A stretch of 64,000 nucleotides of DNA from Octopus sinensis (lineage: Eukaryota): positions 1 to 64,000 of the forward strand of contig NW_021833425.1 of assembly GCF_006345805.1 (NCBI RefSeq), given 5' to 3'. Both the position numbers and the translations under genes were made by a program. Below the pieces are notes generated by a model. That model did not search any database, was not told the DNA's origin, and saw only the letters and a program-made list of their open reading frames with translations. Positions within the stretch are counted from its first letter, which is position 1; every line of letters begins with the position of its first letter. This document shows, piece by piece, positions 25,082-37,715 of this stretch.

Positions 25082-26710
25082 CAGGTACTTTTTGCACAGC
25101 ACCAGCACCCTCAAGCATGCATGACAAGGACCTGTCCACTGAGAGAGGGAGTGGGGGGGTTGCATGGCCATAAAGGACACTCCTGTATGTACAGATGTAT
25201 GGCTGACCATGACTTGTCTTCTCAAGCATGTTCTTTTCACTTGGATTGCTTGACACTCCTGCACCCAATTTTCATTCTTTATATGTATCAGATTCCGTAC
25301 CAGCATACTATATCTGATACTAATACACAGTTTTTCTCTCAGCTCATTTGAGCTTTGTCAGTCAAGCACATCACACACCTGACAGAGCACGTTTGCCTTA
25401 TTTCTTTTTAGCCATCTTTTATCCTCAGCATTCAATCTCGTTTTCATAATCATGTTAATATTGTTTTCCATTCAAACATCATACAGCCTGTCTTTCATTC
25501 AGAAAGATAACTAGATAATCCCTTTGTAGCCAATAGAGGTAACATCTCCCTAAGCTTACCTGTACTTATTCTGCCTGCTATGATTTCCTGACACCTAACT
25601 TGCACTGCTAATTAGGTCACCCACATGACAAGTTGTTAGCTACTTCTAGAGCCTTCAGGGCATTTGAAAAATTTCATGTCACCTGTGCTTTTACCAGTGT
25701 TGCCTCTAATTTTTCACTGTCGCTATGCACAGAAATCTTTTTCTGTGTTGTTTTTTGAAATTTACAGCGTTTTCATCTAAATGCTGTTTTGCTTCCACAA
25801 AAAAGGAAGTCTTTCTATGGTTGTAGCTTTTTTCCTCAAACCGCTAGACTTTGGAACTCTCTTCCATCTCATTGTTTTCTCCTTATAAACTTGAACCCTT
25901 TCATGTCTAAAGTAAATTCATTCCTTTCATCATAATTTCTCCTTCTTGATACTCCCTTACACCTTGTGGCTTCTCACCTTGTTTTGAACTTCCTTATGAA
26001 AAAACATAGTGATTGCATCCATGCAAATAACCATTGCTCGAATGCCATATTAACCATCTAAGCAAATAGACACCAATTTCCAAATATCTGTTATTTAATA
26101 TTATTTATTTATTTATTCGCCCTTTTCAAGCCTAGCCAGGCTCATGGGCCCGGTTTCCCGGTTTCTATGACGTATGTGTTCCCCCCAGCTGGACGGGAAG
26201 CCAGACCATCGCAGCGTTACTCAAGAAACAGGAAGAAAGTGTGAGATAAAGTTGTGGCGAAAGAGTACAACTTTAGGTTCTAGTCTTTGCCTTCAGGTCT
26301 GGAATTTTCCCTCTAATTCTTTGATTGTCCTGACCATGGAGAATTGATTAGGGCTCAATTCTATCTGCTAAAGTCTTTGTTGATCTCTCTTTGCTAACTC
26401 TCATCTGGATAATATCACACCTGTTGATTGCCTGCATGGCTTGCCCAAGACACATACACATGTATGCACACAGACACGCCTGCACATACACACACACACA
26501 CACACACACAGACACGCACACACAGACACGCACACACACACATACATGCACACACACATGCACACACATGCACATACACAAACATGCACACACACACATG
26601 CACACACACATGCACACATACACATAGACTTACGTATGTGTGTGTGCATGTATGTATGTGTGTGTATATATATATACATGTGTATGTATATATGTATATA
26701 TAGATGTCTG

Positions 26711-26742
<32 letters not shown>

Positions 26743-27199
26743 TACATATATAAAGTGGTGTATGTATAAGTGTGTGTGTGTGTGTGCATGCATGCATGTG
26801 TGTGCGTGTGTGTGGAAGCATTTTAGAATCTTAACTAAGAATCTGCAGAAAATCAATAACAACCTCTGCAAACAATTACTAACGAACAATACAATCAAAA
26901 ACTATAGTAGGATTAATACACATACATACAATAGCATAAATAATGAAGCAAAGGCAATCATACATGAGCTAAAAAGCAGACACCAAACTGGAGACACAAA
27001 ATAAATGTGAATCATTTATCACACTCAGGGACCAAAAAAGAACAGTTCATTTCTAATCCCAGTTGAAGGATTATTAACCCTGCTAAATCTGAGATAGAGT
27101 TAATCAGTAAGAAAATAATTGCTAAAATCAACTCTAATATAAGAACAACTGACCTCCGGCAATGGAGAAATAGCCATACAGTTAATCCAATTGTATTCT

Positions 27200-27600
27200 T
27201 TACCTTTTTACTCTTTTACTTGTTCCAGTCGTTTGACTGCGGCCATGCTGGAGCACCGCCTTTAGTCAAGCACATCGACCCCAGGGCTTATTCTTTGTAA
27301 GCCTAGTACTTATTCTATCTGTCTCTTTTGTCGAACCTCTAAGTGATGGGGATGGAAACACACCAGCATCAGTGGTCAAGCGATGTTAGGAGGACAAACA
27401 CACACACATGCACATATATATACATATACATATATACGACGGGCTTCTTTCAGTTTCCATCTACCAAATCCACTCACAAGGCTTTGGTCGGCCCGAGGCT
27501 AAAGTAGAAGACACTTGTCCAAAGTGCCATGCAGTGGGACTGAACTCAGAACCATGTGGCTGGTAAGCAATCTACTTACCACACAGCCACTCCTGCGCTT
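27200..27600 (-). mobile_element. SINE family A inside the PLE RT remnant
   Basis: Complete tail-to-head family A sequence. Confidence 0.85.
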
Positions 27601-28071
27601 ATGTATAAAAAATAGACACAAGGCTACCAAGTTGAGCATTGTAGAAATTTATCTCTTCCTCTCAAAGGTCCTGCTTGTAAGTGCTTTAGATGTCCCTAAG
27701 AACTGTAAAACAATAGTCAAGAGAGAAATAAAGACTATGCTTCATGCAAGAAAGACCATATTTTTACATAAAGACTTCATCTGAGTCAAAATATTCATCC
27801 CAGAGAGCTTTTGATGTTACCATGGGTGCTTACAACTGTGTTGAACTATGTAACCTTATAGGACAATACATTTCAGATACACTCACCCAGAAATTAATAT
27901 CTATACATTTAGGAATATATAGAGATGACAGGTTAGCTATATTGTGGGACAGGAATGCGCATATACTAGATGAGATTAGGGAAAAACCAACACAAACATT
28001 TCGTTTTTGGATTTGGTTTGCAGGATTCTTTATGTGAGTTCGTGTGTTGAAGCATATTCTGTTGTGTCTCG

Positions 28072-28337
28072 GGGGAAAGTTATTTTCTTTTTGTGCCTTA
28101 TAATTTAACACACTCACCGGTAAAATTTCCACTTATTTCTTATTTTCATTTTCCTAAAATTTTCGTTGCGTCTTGCAACTTTTTCAATACAAGACTATTA
28201 AAAAGGTTGCATGATGCGGTGCTCCAGCATGGCCGCAGTCAAGTGACTGAAACAAGTAAAAGAGTAAGAAATAAGTGCAAATTTTACCGGTGAGTGTGTT
28301 AAATTATAAGGCACAAAAAGAAAATGACTCTCCCCAG
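28072..28337. repeat. About 68-bp inverted repeats (28072-28140 / 28268-28337)
   Basis: TTTTCTTTTTGTGCCTTATAATTTAACACACTCACCGGTAAAATTT and its reverse complement; spacer includes a family A tail. Confidence 0.8.
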
Positions 28338-28624
28338 ACACAGCAAACACAAACAGTTAACATCTTTAGACTGATAAAAAGACCCATTGTAACCAACGTT
28401 GCTATGACAGATTTCTTACCCAAAAGTTATCTACCAAACTTCATAAACTATTTAGAAAGCCTTATGAGAAACTAAGTTAAATGCATTAAGTATCTTAGCA
28501 TTTGCTTATAGTCTTTAGTAGCTTACTGAATAGATAATATTAGCTGATGAATATCTAAAGAGGAATATTCATTAATGCAGTACTTTATTATAATACGGCT
28601 TAGAAGCTACTATGTATAAAGAGG

Positions 28625-29010
28625 CACAGGCTTGGCTGGGTGGAAGCTTGCTTTACAACCAAGTAGTCTTGGTTTCAGTCCTATGATAAGGCACCTTCAG
28701 CAAGTATCATCTACCATGACTCTGGGGCAACCAAAGCCTTGTGAGTGGATTTGGTAGGCAGAAACTGAAAGAAGCCCATGTGTGTGTGTATTTTGGTGTG
28801 TATCTTTGTGTTTGTGTTTGTCCTGTGCCATCACTTGACAACTGCTGTTTACGTCCACGTAACTTAGCGGTTCAGCAAAAGAGACCAATAGAATAAGTAC
28901 TAGGCTTACAAAGAATAAGTCCTGGGGTTGATTTGCTTGACTAAAAAAGGTGGTGCTCCAGCATGGCCACAGTCAAATGACTGAAACAGGTAAAAGAGTA
29001 AAAGAGAGAG
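28625..29010 (+). mobile_element. SINE family A
   Basis: Head to tail match. Confidence 0.75.
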
Positions 29011-29224
29011 TATGGCAGAATTCACTGTATTCTGTCCATGATCAATATACTTTACTGTTAATAACCCATTCTACCCAGCTTTAAGTATTAAAGTGTGATA
29101 TACTTCATTGTACTGTACTATATCCATGACCCAGACGCTTAACTGTCAACAGTTCAGACCCCCAACCTAGCATGTTGCCAATGAACCACACCATGGCAGA
29201 TTTCACTGCTGTTATCAACAGTAA

Positions 29225-29616
29225 TCTCTCTATATATAAAGCTGAAGTTGTCTGTGTATGGCAGGTTTGGTAGCCTTCAACTAACACTATCTCCTCCGAG
29301 ACCCTGCGGCACAAGTTGACCAAAATTGAGAGTATGATAGAAGAAGGCTTGCTCTTCCTTCTGTAGAAGATAAAATTCAAATTGAACCATGTTAAGACCA
29401 AAAAATATTTACATCAAAAAGGTACTTTTTTTCTATGAAAATCCCTATTTTTTACGATTTTTGGACTGCTGTGTTGCCATTTTTCGGTGTATTTCAATCA
29501 GAAAAATGTTCACTTAAAGAGAATAACAAGCTACATAATGCAAAATTTTTACTTTTCGAAAATTCCAATTCTAAAGGGTCGAAACAAACCCGAGCAACGC
29601 CGGGTGATACTGTTAG
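29225..29616 (+). mobile_element. Non-autonomous Helitron-type element
   Basis: A|TC 5' end; 3' hairpin CCCG-AGCAACGC-CGGG 29589-29604 then TTAG|T (CTAG variant); same 3' end as 61993-62388. Confidence 0.65.
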
Positions 29617-30484
29617 TATTCTATTATAGCCAAGTGATTTATTGCCTGGCAATGTTTAACTTCTTCAGTTGTAAATTTCTCCTTGAATTCCATTTGCTTA
29701 CATCCCATTTGCATTTAATCCATGTCATGATCTAACTCTCATCCTATCTAGACGATGCTGTAATAATCAATATTACATATATTCAATCCAGACACTTGGC
29801 CATGACACTATGGATGCGCATCACACTATATGTATATCTACACACACATATGCATATATACGCATCAGCCATATCTATCTTTATCTATATACTCTAATGC
29901 TCTATAACTTAAGAGTGTGCTTCTACATTCAAAATTAAGAGGAATGACCACTGTAGTGGACACTCTATATGCTAAACATAGATGTCAAATTGCCATTACT
30001 ATGAAGAATGTGTTCTCAAGAAAAAAAATATCAGCAAAACGGCAAAATGTAAAAATGAGCAAGACAAATGAAAACATATGAAATAAAATAGAAATATATA
30101 TATAAGAGCACATCCGAGCGTGTTCGTTGCCAAAGCAGCCAACTGGCTTCCGTGCCAGTGGCACATAAAAGGGCACCATTCGAGCGTGATCGTTACCAAC
30201 ATCGCCTTACTGGCACCTGTGCTGGTGGTATGTGTAAAAGGATTCGAGCGAGGTCGTTGCCAGTACCGCCTGACTGGCCCCTGTGCCAGTGGCACGTAAA
30301 AAGCACCCACTACACTCTCGGAGTGGTTGGCGTTAGGAAGGGCATCCAGCTGTAGAAACTCTGCCAAATCAAGATTGGAGCCTGGTGCAGCCATCTGGTT
30401 CGCCAGCCCTCAGCCAAAATCGTCCAACCCATGCTAGCATGGAAAGCGGACGTTAAACGATGATGATGATGATGATGATGATAT

Positions 30485-30790
30485 ATATGTGGAAAAAGCC
30501 AAGGTAGAAAATGCTAAAATAATTTTATAAAAAACATTTCAGTACTGGTTTCAGTCATTGAGACTTTTCCAACTGTAAGTGTAGAAAACAATTAAATTTT
30601 GGAAGAATTAAAAGAAAAGATTTTTTAAAAGAATATTTGCATTGTATAAAAACTTTTCTTTTAATTTTTCCCAAATTTAATTGTTTTCCATACTTTCAGT
30701 TGGAAAAGTCTCAATGACTGAAACTGGCACTGATATGTTTTTTATGATTAAATAATTTTACCATTTTCTACCTTGACTTTTTTTCCATAT
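30485..30790. repeat. Foldback palindrome (arms about 145 bp), each arm carrying a degenerate hammerhead-like motif (family 5)
   Basis: Arms are diverged reverse complements; motifs at 30540-30575 (-) and 30697-30732 (+). Confidence 0.8.
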
Positions 30791-30897
30791 ATATCAACTT
30801 GTGTGTTCCTTTTTCAACCTTCTACATATATATATATATATATAATATATATATATATTATATATATATACATACATATATATATATACATATATAT

Positions 30898-30928
<31 letters not shown>

Positions 30929-30937
30929 CATACATAC

Positions 30938-30970
<33 letters not shown>

Positions 30971-31496
30971 TGTATGTAGCACTTGTGCTGGTGGCAAGTG
31001 AAATATTCGAGCGAGGTCGTCGCCAATGCCGCTGAACTGGCTCCTGTGCAGGTGGCACATAAAAAGCACCATTTGGGCGTGGGCATGGCCGTTGCCAGTA
31101 CCACCAAACTGGCCCTCATGCTGGTGGCACGTAAAAGCACCCACTACACTCTCGGAGTGGTTGGCGTTAGGAAGGGCATCCAGCTGTAGAAACTCTTCCA
31201 GATCAGATTAGAGTCTGGTTTGCCAGACTTCAGTCAAATCGTCCAACCCATGCTAGCATGGAAAGCGGACATTAAATGATGATGACGATGATGATGATGA
31301 TATATATATATATATATATGGGTGCAGCCATGGCAGCATAGTAAGAAGTTTGGTATGGAACCACATGGTTCCAGGTTCAGTCCCACTATGTGGCACCTTC
31401 ACCAACTATATTCTTCTATAAAATTGGGTCAACCTTGTACATGGATTTAGTTAACGGAAACTGAAAGAAGCCCAACATATGTATGTGTGTGTGTAG

Positions 31497-31606
31497 AGAG
31501 AGAGAGTGATGAAAGAGAGAGAGTGATGAAAGAGAGAGAGTGATGAAAGAGAGAGAGTGATGAAAGAGAGAGAGTGATGAAAGAGAGAGAGTGATGAAAG
31601 AGAGAG
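31497..31606. repeat. 17-bp minisatellite (GAGAGAGAGTGATGAAA), about 6 copies
   Basis: GTGATGAAA recurs every 17 bp. Confidence 0.95.
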
Positions 31607-33384
31607 ATATTGGTATTTATGGAATCTAGAAATCAAAACTGGCTTATGAGACTATAGATATTCAGTAATCTGTGTGTGTGTACATAAACACATATACATA
31701 TGTATACACACAAATATATATATATATACACACAATCACATGGTTCCAGGTTCAGTTCTACTGCATGGCACCTTGGGCAAGTCTCCTACTATAGCCTCAG
31801 GCCAACCAAAGCTTTGTAAGTGGATTTGGCAGAGGGAAACTGAAAAAAGCTTGCCATATGTGTGTGTGTGTGTTGGTGTTTGTCTTCTACCACCACTTGA
31901 CAACCAGTGTTAGTTTGTTTACATTCCCATAGCTTAGTGGTTTGGCAAAAAAGACTGATAGAATAAGTACTAGGCTTAAAAAAACAAAAGTACTGGGGTT
32001 GATTCAATTGACTAAAAATTCTTCAAGTTGATGCCCCAGCATGGCCACAGTCAAATGACTGAAGCAAAAGAAAAGGCAAAAGAATCATAGAATACATATA
32101 TACTCATACATATATGCATATGCACACACACACACACATGCATGCACGCCCACACACACACACAAACGCACACACGCACACACACACAAATGCATATATA
32201 TACATACATACATATATTTGAATATATTTACATATGTGGAATGTACGAGACTATGAATTCACATTATGATATACCTATTTATGTAGATTTTTACCTGAAA
32301 ATCTTCCGAAAGGCAGTCAAACTAGACATAGACAAAGGCAGAACAAATTCTATCATCAACCGTATTTGTTCTTAGTTTTCATTTCTTTTCTTCCATATAG
32401 CTTTTAACAAACTGTGACTAATTTATCCTAAATAAATCTAGCTTTACTTTTCTTATAAGACATAAAAATATTATAATTGATTCAAGTTATTGTTTGTTCT
32501 CATATACCTGTATAGACTCTCAGGTTATCAACAGACTTGTATGTAAAATTGATTGCTTTTCCCAATCTCCCCTACTCCGTCTCGGGCTCTTCTCCATGGT
32601 ACCAGAGCAACTGGTTTAGACGGCTTCGTAATACTATTGAATACATGATTCACACACACATAAGCTCATCTATTTTTGCTTTTTGTTGTTGTTTTTCACC
32701 GTTTTTCGTATGCTTCAGCTAGCACAATGTTTCATTGTCTTCTGGTGATGTGTTTTAGTTTCAATGTTTTACCCAGATTTTTTGTGAGTTTAGACCCTGT
32801 AGGAGTAATTCTGTGAGCAGTAGCGAGGGGCTAAATCGATAAATTGCCAAACAAAACACATAAAAGGGTATATTAACACTTATTCTGTGAATGGTTTCAG
32901 GGCTGTTTTTTTTTTACTCTTTTCTTTTCCATATCATAAAACTTCACAATTACAAAATAATTTACCCACTTCAACCCTGCCTCACCTCTATGTTCTTTGG
33001 CACTCATGTATATAGGACTTGTAGTGGAGGCACATGGCCTAGTGGTTAGAGCAGCGGACTTGCGGTCAAGAGATCGCAGGTTCGAATCTCAGACCGGGCT
33101 TACTAACCACATAGTTCTGGGTTCATTCCCACTGCCTGGCATCTTGGGCAAGTGTCTTCTACTATAGCCGCAGGTGTCCTGAAATAATACTGCATAGTGT
33201 ACTGGGCATATCATAGGGAGAATGGTAGAAAATTAATGGCATAGGGTGTGATAGCTTTGACAGCACAGTTGCATGCTTATTTTTGTGGTGAGAAGTTGTC
33301 TTCTTAGATTAATTTAAAACTCCTAAACTAAAACTAATTTCTTTTACAATTATTTTCTTACAATATTTCTTTTTATTTTTTATT

Positions 33385-33775
33385 TGTTACAGTCATTTCA
33401 CTGCGGCCATGCTGGAGCACCGCCTTTAGTCGAGCATATCGACCCAGGGACTTATTCTTTGTAAGCCCAGTACTTATTCTATCGGTCTCTTTTGCCAAAC
33501 CGCTAAGTGACGGGGGACGTAAACACACCAGCATCGGTTGTCAAGCAATGCTAGGGGTACAAACACAGACACACAAACATATACACACATACATATATAT
33601 ATATACATATATACGACGGGCTTCTTTCAGTTTCCGTCTACCAAATCCACTCACAAGGCATTGGTCAGCCCGGGGCTATAGCAGAAGACACTTGCCCAAG
33701 ATGCCATGCAATGGGACTGAACCCGGAACCATGTGGTTGGTTAGCAAGCTACTTACCACACAGCCACTCCTGCGT
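33385..33775 (-). mobile_element. SINE family A (others: 31735-32070 +, 34035-34260 -)
   Basis: Tail to head match. Confidence 0.8.
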
Positions 33776-34259
33776 TATATCATCATATAATTTTGACCTT
33801 AATTTGTTTTCAGAACTAATAATATACTTTTAGGAGTCTTTTGTTTGGCTGAGTTAATTCTGACTATACCTGACAACACTGCTTCAGCGTAATGCACATT
33901 TTCCGCTCTCAAATGAATAAATACTTGCTTTTGTGGATCACAACGTCAGGAAAGACTCTGTGGCCTTGGTTTACTTTCAACTGAGAAAGGTGAACTAATG
34001 CAGCTGAAGCAAAGTGGTTCATTGTAAAATGAAGTTACTCTTTTACTTGTTTCAGTCATTTGACTGTGGCTATGCTGGAGCACCGCCTTTAGTCAAGCAA
34101 ATCGACCCTGGGACTTATTCTTTCTAAGCCTGGTACTTATTCTATCGGTCTCTTTTGCCGAACCACTAAGTTACTGGGACGTAAACACACCAGCATCAGT
34201 TGTCAAGCGATGTTGGGCGGACAAACACAGACACACAAAGGTATACACACACACACACA

Positions 34260-34293
<34 letters not shown>

Positions 34294-34763
34294 CATACAT
34301 ACATACATACATACATAAATATATATATATATATTTATAGTTACAAATTGAGATAGGGGTTGTAAATGCAACCCTCCATGAGATAACATATATCCAATAT
34401 ACTGCTAGTGAAGTACCCAACAAAGTTAATACATAAATGTTAATGATTGCGATGCAATCAATTCATTTACTGTATTATATGGGCAAAGGTAAAATGATTT
34501 ACCACAAATTACTAATACAAGATAAGAAAATGGAGAAATACATCTAAATCAAATATCAATTACCAGATAATACTCAATCACATACTTTATTAGACCAGCA
34601 CATAAGAGACTGTAGGGTTAAACATAAAAAAGCAGAACAAATCAGTGTACATAAAGGAATGTACATAAAAAAGTGTACATAAAAGAGTAATGTTGTATAA
34701 TAATTAGAATATATATAAAAAAGAATATAAATACAAGTAAATATAAATATAAGTATGAATTAG

Positions 34764-34890
34764 ATCTTACAGCTGTTTCGGCCATGTCGATAATTATGTC
34801 TCATTTTACCAATATTAGCTCTTTATGGTTGGTCAATATATAGATATAAATGAGACATTAACAAAAATATCACAAGGCCTCTTCGGAGAT
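34764..34890 (-). ncRNA. Type I hammerhead-like motif with long stem II (family 4)
   Basis: Minus strand ATCT-CCGAAGA-GGCC-[92 nt including an 11-bp stem ATGTCTCATTT/AAATGAGACAT]-GGCC-GAAA-CAGCT-GTA-AGAT; one core deviation (U4C). Confidence 0.65.
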
Positions 34891-35319
34891 TATGTAATAT
34901 AACACAGTCTACACATATACCCACATGGGTGTGGGTGCGTACCCACAATACAACATATATATATACATATGAGTGCATATACTCACACTCCTATACATAT
35001 AAAAAAAATATACATTTACATAATGATATAAATAAATAATATAAATTAGTAAACATATATATGTGTTCCACACCCAATGTCTCAGTTTTTCGACTTAATA
35101 TTGTGATAATAAACATATACAAATTAATACCTAGATGTAAATATACATAGTCAATAGTATATTATATTACTTCATAATAGTTTCCAAAGTGTCATTAAAG
35201 TTAGTATCATTATCGTTGTCAATACAATTAATGTTATCATTGTTATCATTCATAATATTATTAATAACTCTTACATTATGATCCAGAGCAGAATATATGT
35301 ATGTCCGTATATATATATA

Positions 35320-35850
35320 CATACATACGACGGGCTTCTTTCAGTTTCCGTCTACCAAATCCACTCACAAGGCTTTGGTTGGCCCGAAGCTATAGAAGAA
35401 GACACTTGTCCAAGGTGCCACACAGTGGGACTGAACCCGGAACCATGTGGTTGGTAAGCAAGCTACTTACCACACAGCCACTCCTACGCCTAAGTAGCTT
35501 GCCTACCAACCACATGGTTCCAGGTTCAGTCCCACTGCATGGCACCTTGGGCAAGTGTCTTCTACTATAGCCTCGGGTCGACCAAAGCCTTGTGAGTAGA
35601 TTTGGTAGACGGAAACTGAAAGAAGCCCATCGCATATATGTGTGTGTGTGTTTGTTTGTGTATCTGTGTTTGTCCCCCCAACATCGCTTGACAACCGATG
35701 ATGGTGTGCTTACGTCCCTATAACTTAGCGGTTCGGCTAAAGAGACTGATAGAATAAGTACTAGGCATCCAAAGAATAAGTCCTGGGGTTAATTTGCTCG
35801 ACTAAAGGTGGTGCTCCAGCATGGCCACAGTCAAATGACTGAAACAAGTA
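35320..35850. mobile_element. Head-to-head family A SINE pair (35320-35490 -, 35491-35850 +)
   Basis: GCCACTCCTACGCC abuts TAAGTAGCTTGCC. Confidence 0.75.
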
Positions 35851-37715
35851 ACTGGCTGAAATACTCAGCAGAATTTTGTCTGTCTAAACATTCTGAGTTC
35901 AAATACTGCCACGGTTGATTTCACCTTTCACCTTTTTGGGGGTCAATAGAATACCAGATTCAATGTAACAGACTTTCCCCACTCCCTGGAAATTGCTGGC
36001 CTTGTGTCAAAACCGAATATTATTAGGAATTGTATAAAAAAAAAAGGTTTAAAATATTTTGTGTATTATAGAAGTTGCTGAGACCCCCTTCGGTCATGAC
36101 TGACCGTGGGATTGCACGTAGAAAGTTACTCTCCCAGGTACAAGTCCGGGCAAGGTCGTTTATGGAAGTCCAGCAGTCGCCCATGCATACCGGCCTCCCC
36201 TCTCCACACCACCAGTGTTATCCAAGGCTGATACAGCTTGGCACCTGTGACGTTGCAACTCATTTCTACAGCTGAGTGAACTGGAGCAATGTGAAAGAAA
36301 GAACACAACACACAGCCCAGTCTGGGATTCGAACTCACAACCTCACAATTGTAAGCTCAGCACTCCAACCATTGAGCCATGTGCCTTCACATTATAGAAG
36401 TACAAGCCATTTATTGCATGTAACTTTTAACAACGAAGTCTTATATGGACCCCCAATGAGCTCTGGATGATAACCACTGTTCTGCATTATTTTCTACTAG
36501 CTGGTCCCATGCCATCAAAAATGACGGGTAATTGTAGTGTTTTAGAGTTGACATGCTGTTTGATTTTTCTTTTCAGTGTTGAACGTTCACCATCCCACTT
36601 CCATTGCACACACACACACACACACAAACATTCACATACCTCTCATACACACACACATATACTCACACAGGGCTGAAACGTTTCCACTACTAGTTTGCCA
36701 TCACCCCTTCCTTCCTTATTCATCTATCACCCCTTCCTTTCTCATTCATGTTTTGACGGAGAAAAACACAAGGTTATTATCATAGTAGATTCCACAGTTA
36801 AGAAATAAGCACCATCAATTTACCTGGAGATATAACCTGAGAAGGGACTAGCATTTTTGCCATGAGAATATTGGTTTCAAATTTTGACAAACGGCCAGCA
36901 ATTTGGGGGAGGGAGTAAGTTGATTGCATCAACCCCAGTCCTCAATTAGTATTTATTTTATCGATCCTGAAAGGATGAAAGGTAAAGTGGCAGAATTTGA
37001 ACTCAGAACATAAAGATGAACAAAATGCTACCAAGCATTTTACCGGGTGTGCTAACGATTCTGCCATCTCACTGCCAAGCAAGGAGAATATCAATCTCTC
37101 TTGCTCCCCTCAACTGGAACTATGCGGTAACAAGGCTGGCCCTTTGAAATACAGGTACAACACAAACAGGAAGAAAGAGTGAGAGAAAATTGTGGTGAAA
37201 GAGTACAGCAGGATTCACCACATCCCATTTATGATCCGTGATGTTTAATCAGATCAAATGTTGCTTAATTTGTTAGGTCAAAGGTTGATCAGTTTGTCAG
37301 GGCAAAAGTCAATCAATTGGTCAGGTGCAACCAAGAGAATACCCTCCATCAGGCATTTGCCATATTCTGAACACCTTACTTCCCTGGGCATGGATACATT
37401 GAAACTCTGACGTATGGCAAACACCCATAAAACTATTAACCATCTTACAAACAATAACTCTCAGCTCCTTTTCAAACTCCCCCTGTCTAACACCCATGGA
37501 CATGTTTACAAAGTCAGAAAACAGCACAGCTCCCATGACTGTCGGAAACATTTTTTTCATGCTAAGAGTTGCTGAAGCATGGAACAAACTGCCGGCATCA
37601 GTTGTTAGTTGTCGGAGCACTGCATCCTTCAAAACTTCCATGCTTCCTGAGATTCACCAAAACTACACCTGATTTTCTCCCCTCCATACACACACAAGCA
37701 TGTATCTGACTCATA

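Larger units (their letters stand above)
26850..28480 (+). pseudogene. Penelope-like element reverse transcriptase remnant, interrupted by a SINE and an inverted repeat
   Basis: INNEAKAII; ITLRDQKEQFISNPS*RIINPAKSEIELISKKII...QWRN (about 27015-27175); HARKTIF; FDVTMGAYNCVELCNLIG; LGIYRDD; TNVA (about 28395). Confidence 0.8.

Noticed and set aside
36672-36690. GAAACGTTTC palindrome as a hammerhead half
   Set aside because: No CTGANGA or TTGANAA core or stem II on either strand nearby
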